From the NCBI GenBank assembly GCA_051305975.1, contig JBPPMI010000216.1, positions 1 to 28,030 on the forward strand: DNA of 28,030 bases. Reading direction: 5' to 3'. Shown piece after piece: positions 25,102 through 28,030 of this stretch. The DNA is from Solirubrobacterales bacterium. GTDB lineage: Bacteria > Actinomycetota > Thermoleophilia > Solirubrobacterales > 70-9. The number at the start of each line of letters is the position of its first letter. Positions within the stretch are counted from its first letter, which is position 1. Both the position numbers and the translations under genes were made by a program. The notes under the pieces were generated by a model, which did not search any database, was not told where the DNA came from, and saw only the letters and a list, made by a program, of their open reading frames with translations.

Positions 25102-25494
25102 ATGAGCCCACCATCTGAGCCGGACGATTCACTGGAAAGCGATGCCCGGAACTACCGGAAGGGTGCGCCCAGGCGCACGATGCTGGCCGCCGAGCGGACG
25201 CAGCTGGCCTGGTGGCGTACCGCGTTCGCACTGCTGGCTGTCGGACTGGCCATCGGGAAGATCGTCCCGCAGCTCGCCAGTGAAGAAACCATCTGGCCAT
25301 ACACCGTGCTCGGCGCCGCCTTCGGCCTCTACGCGGTGGTCCTGACCCTCCATGGGAGCAGGCGACGGGAGATGGTCGAGCGCGCGATCGAGACCGGTGA
25401 GTCCTTTCGCACTTCCCGCTCCGTGCAGACAGCTCTGACCGGTGGAGCGACCCTGCTCGCGTTGGCGACCACCCTGATGATTATCTTCAACTGA
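25102..25494 (+). CDS. DUF202 (YidH-like) membrane protein
   Basis: LAAERTQLAWWRTA motif plus three hydrophobic helices. Start taken as ATG 25102; TATAGT lies upstream. Confidence 0.85.
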   Translation: MSPPSEPDDSLESDARNYRKGAPRRTMLAAERTQLAWWRTAFALLAVGLAIGKIVPQLASEETIWPYTVLGAAFGLYAVVLTLHGSRRREMVERAIETGESFRTSRSVQTALTGGATLLALATTLMIIFN

Positions 25495-26018
25495 TGACGG
25501 ATTCCCAGCGCGGAAAGCTGCTGATCGCGGCACCCAGCCTCTTCGACTTCTTCCGTCGTACCGTCGTCCTGATCGTCGAGCACACCGAGCAGGGTGCTTT
25601 CGGGGTAGTCCTGAACCGCCGGGCCGATTCGGATGTCGCCGAGCTGGTGCCCGATCTCAACCCGCTGGTCGAACGCGATGCCCCGCTCTGGGTCGGCGGA
25701 CCGGTCGGGCCCGACTCGATCGTCGTTCTGGGCGAGTTCGAACATGCCGGTCATTCTGCAGGCGCCGTCACCGAACGGATCGGCGTCGTCGACCCGGATG
25801 CCGACACGGAAGTGGTTCGCGCGAGGGTCTTCGTCGGGCACGCCGGCTGGGGCCCGGGCCAGCTCGACGAGGAGCTCGAGCGTGAGTCCTGGATCGTGGC
25901 CGACCTCGATCCTGACGACGTGTTTGCCGAGGGCGATCTCTGGGCCGACGTCGTCGGACGCCGCGGCGACGACTTCGCACTGCTGGCGACCATGCCGGAA
26001 GACCCGACCCTCAACTGA
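25494..26018 (+). CDS. YqgE/AlgH family protein (DUF179)
   Basis: LLIAAP, FRRTVVLIVEH, GVVLNR, GGPV and GHAGWGPGQLDEE motifs. Start overlaps the upstream stop. Confidence 0.9.
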   Translation: MTDSQRGKLLIAAPSLFDFFRRTVVLIVEHTEQGAFGVVLNRRADSDVAELVPDLNPLVERDAPLWVGGPVGPDSIVVLGEFEHAGHSAGAVTERIGVVDPDADTEVVRARVFVGHAGWGPGQLDEELERESWIVADLDPDDVFAEGDLWADVVGRRGDDFALLATMPEDPTLN

Positions 26019-26062
26019 TCCTGGGGTAGAGGTCACCCAGCCCGATCCGGATATTCATCCAT

Positions 26063-26081
26063 GTAAGTAGTGACTACTTAC
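26063..26081. promoter_or_regulatory. AT-rich palindrome, candidate operator
   Basis: GTAAGTAG-TGA-CTACTTAC: perfect 8-bp arms with a 3-nt spacer in intergenic DNA. Confidence 0.5.
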
Positions 26082-26213
26082 GGCATCTGGGTAGCCAGTA
26101 CAGAACAGTGATGAACTGTGATTATTCGGGAAATGGCAGGGGTATTTCTACCCCGTCGCCGGAGGGAGTTGCGTGGACAACGAACCCGGGCCAGCAACTA
26201 CCACGAGGGGTGC

Positions 26214-27389
26214 ATGATGTTTCCCGAACGAGGGTGCACTAAAACACGGCCAAATGGCCTTTTGGAAATCACTTTGCTTTCGCTATTGGCGCTGTTTCTC
26301 GTAGTGGCTCCGGGGGCGGGTGCCGCCACCACTACCTATACAGGCGGCAACGGAACTAGTTTCGCGACGGGCACAGGGGGATGGACCTCTGAATCCGAAT
26401 ACGGAGGGCTCTGCATCCAGGGCCTCACTTGCCCGACCGTCAGCGGAACCTTCCAGGCGACGGGTGGAACCGGCGGAGATGGCGACGGATACCTGCGCAC
26501 CAGCGCGGGTGGGACCACGCTGGCGGCGCTGCTTTCCAGCTCGACGCAGGTATGGAACGGTCCGGCGTTCACGTATGCAGGTGTCGGAGGCAAGGCGCCG
26601 GCATCGCTGACCTTCTCGATCGAGAAGCGCAACGGATTCGCTGCGCTCCTGGCACTGGGTGCCGACGCCCAATACTCGGTGACGGCGGTCAACCAGTCGG
26701 GCGGGGCCGACCAGGTGCTCCTGACGCCGCGTACGGTTGGCGGCAGCGAAAACTGGGCGGCGGTGGAGAAACAACCGGTGCTGGCCGGCGCACTAAAGGT
26801 CGGTGACACGTATTCACTCCAGATCCGCACATCGCTCGGTGGCCTGGCAGCCGTCCTGCCGAGCGGGCAGGTCGACTACGACGATGTCGCGCTGGTGGCT
26901 GCCGACGGATCCGGAGACGACGGAGGCAACGGCAACAACGGAGGCAACGGCAACAACGGAGGCAACGGCAACAACGGCAACGACGGAGGCAACGGCAACA
27001 ACGGAGGCAACGGGACGAACGGCAACGGTGCCGTGCTGCCTCCGCCGAAGGTGATTCCGGCCGGCAAGGCGTTCCTCTACAAGAACCGGCTTTTCATCCG
27101 GGTCAAGTGCCCGAAGGCGTACAAGCCCAGGTGCCGGGTCCGCGCGGTGGCGCTGACGAAGAAGAAGGGCGGCAAGGCGGTCACCAGGCAGATCCGCGCG
27201 AACGTGCGGCGCAACCGTTTCGTCCGCAAGGGCCTGCAGGTGAAGCCGAAGTTCCGCGCCAGGGTCCGCAAGATGGCCAAGCTGAAGCGCAGGACGCTCG
27301 TGGTCCGTCTGAAGATCCGGTCGAAGCGCGGCAAGAAGTCCGGCACTGTCTACAACAAGCTCCGCGTAATCGAGCGGAGAGCCGGATGA
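26214..27389 (+). CDS. Secreted or surface protein: signal peptide, Gly/Thr-rich domain, Gly-Asn repeat linker, polybasic C-terminal domain
   Basis: Hydrophobic LLSLLALFLVVAPGAGA signal-like stretch. GAGGGG precedes ATG 26214/26217. Start uncertain (track starts at GTG 26118). Confidence 0.75.
   Translation: MMFPERGCTKTRPNGLLEITLLSLLALFLVVAPGAGAATTTYTGGNGTSFATGTGGWTSESEYGGLCIQGLTCPTVSGTFQATGGTGGDGDGYLRTSAGGTTLAALLSSSTQVWNGPAFTYAGVGGKAPASLTFSIEKRNGFAALLALGADAQYSVTAVNQSGGADQVLLTPRTVGGSENWAAVEKQPVLAGALKVGDTYSLQIRTSLGGLAAVLPSGQVDYDDVALVAADGSGDDGGNGNNGGNGNNGGNGNNGNDGGNGNNGGNGTNGNGAVLPPPKVIPAGKAFLYKNRLFIRVKCPKAYKPRCRVRAVALTKKKGGKAVTRQIRANVRRNRFVRKGLQVKPKFRARVRKMAKLKRRTLVVRLKIRSKRGKKSGTVYNKLRVIERRAG
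26922..27029 (+). repeat. Intragenic 18-nt tandem repeat encoding (GGNGNN)n
   Basis: GGAGGCAACGGCAACAAC three times (26922-26975), a 9-nt spacer, then one exact and one degenerate copy. Confidence 0.92.
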
Positions 27390-27443
27390 GCGCCCGGACG
27401 GTCTCCCGGGCGGAGAAGCGTGCGGCTGGCGGAGGTGGCTGAA

Positions 27444-27449
27444 TAGGCT
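27444..27449 (+). promoter_or_regulatory. -10 hexamer, leaderless pdxH
   Basis: TAGGCT exactly 6 nt before GTG 27456. Confidence 0.55.
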
Positions 27450-27455
27450 GGGGAG

Positions 27456-28030
27456 GTGGAGCCCGGTCAAAGCCGACAGCCGAGAGTGGAGTTGAGGCGC
27501 GCCGACCTGCCGCCGGACCCGGTGGACCAGTTCCGGGCCTGGTTCCGGGAGGCTGCGCGGTTCAACCCCATGCCGGAAGCGATGACCCTGGCGACGGTGG
27601 ACCCCTCCGGGCGCCCGGACGCACGGATGGTGCTGCTCAAGGGCGCCGCGGCCGACGGGTTTCGCTTCTTCACCAACTACGAAGGGGTCAAGGCGGGCCA
27701 GATCACCGCCAACCCCGCTGCCGCCCTCGTATTCAACTGGCCCGAACTCTCGCGCCAGGTCCGGATCCGCGGCGATGTCGACCGGCTGGGTGATGACGAT
27801 TCGGATGCCTATTTCGCGAGCCGGGACCGCAACAGCCAGATCGGTGCATGGGCTTCGCCGCAGAGCCGCCCTCTCGAGGACCGGAACGCGCTGCAACGGC
27901 TGACCGGCGAGGTCGAAGCCAGGTTTCCGGAGGAGACGGAGATCCCCCGTCCGCCGAATTGGGGCGGGTTCATCCTCCGCCCGGACGAGTTCGAGTTCTG
28001 GCAGGGCCGTCCGGCCCGCCTTCACGACCG
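27456..28030 (+). CDS. pdxH: Pyridoxamine 5'-phosphate oxidase, 3'-truncated by the window edge (absent from the ORF track)
   Basis: Hand translation: LRRADLPPDPVDQFRAWF...AMTLATVDPSGRPDARMVLLKG...FRFFTNY...YFASRDRNSQIGAWASPQS...PRPPNWGGF...EFWQGRPARLHDR. Confidence 0.93.
   Translation, partial: MEPGQSRQPRVELRRADLPPDPVDQFRAWFREAARFNPMPEAMTLATVDPSGRPDARMVLLKGAAADGFRFFTNYEGVKAGQITANPAAALVFNWPELSRQVRIRGDVDRLGDDDSDAYFASRDRNSQIGAWASPQSRPLEDRNALQRLTGEVEARFPEETEIPRPPNWGGFILRPDEFEFWQGRPARLHD

Noticed and set aside
26180-26195. c-di-AMP (ydaO) riboswitch suggested by CGAACCCG
   Set aside because: Lacks GCTGAAT, GGGGTGAAT and the GTCAGCTAAC continuation.
26203-26240. TPP riboswitch suggested by AGGGGTGC
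   Set aside because: The CTGAGA and downstream conserved TPP motifs are absent, and the gene context is unrelated to thiamine.
27386-27442. 18-aa ORF MSARTVSRAEKRAAGGGG coupled by ATGA to the upstream stop
   Set aside because: Too short, with no recognisable features; ATGA overlaps occur by chance at TGA stops. No independent support.

Overview
28 kb of GC-rich bacterial chromosome. The gene styles (pervasive leaderless starts, CCA-less tRNAs, Lys/Arg-rich secreted modules) suggest Actinomycetota, plausibly Thermoleophilia/Solirubrobacterales; this is inference. Most content is housekeeping or metabolic: a CocE/NonD hydrolase, an ABC-2 exporter split by a beta-hydroxyacid dehydrogenase, a family III CoA-transferase, rlmN, ppa, zwf/gnd/pgl, an ion channel, TetR, an NhaP antiporter, an MBL hydrolase, USP, a subtilase, tadA, two tRNA-Ser genes, a stand-alone cysteine-free rpsD, DUF202, YqgE/AlgH and pdxH. 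I found no transposase, integrase, phage gene or CRISPR array. The standout is an unannotated ~140-nt element present twice, 13 kb apart (8541-8680 over the 3' end of rlmN; 21701-21838 between the two tRNA-Ser genes). Its linkers and 26-nt central loop are nearly identical between copies, while two long stems have diverged in sequence yet still pair. This pattern suggests a structured ncRNA or a folded-DNA (REP/MITE-like) mobile element that I do not recognise. All structures and counts were done by hand; no database search was possible.
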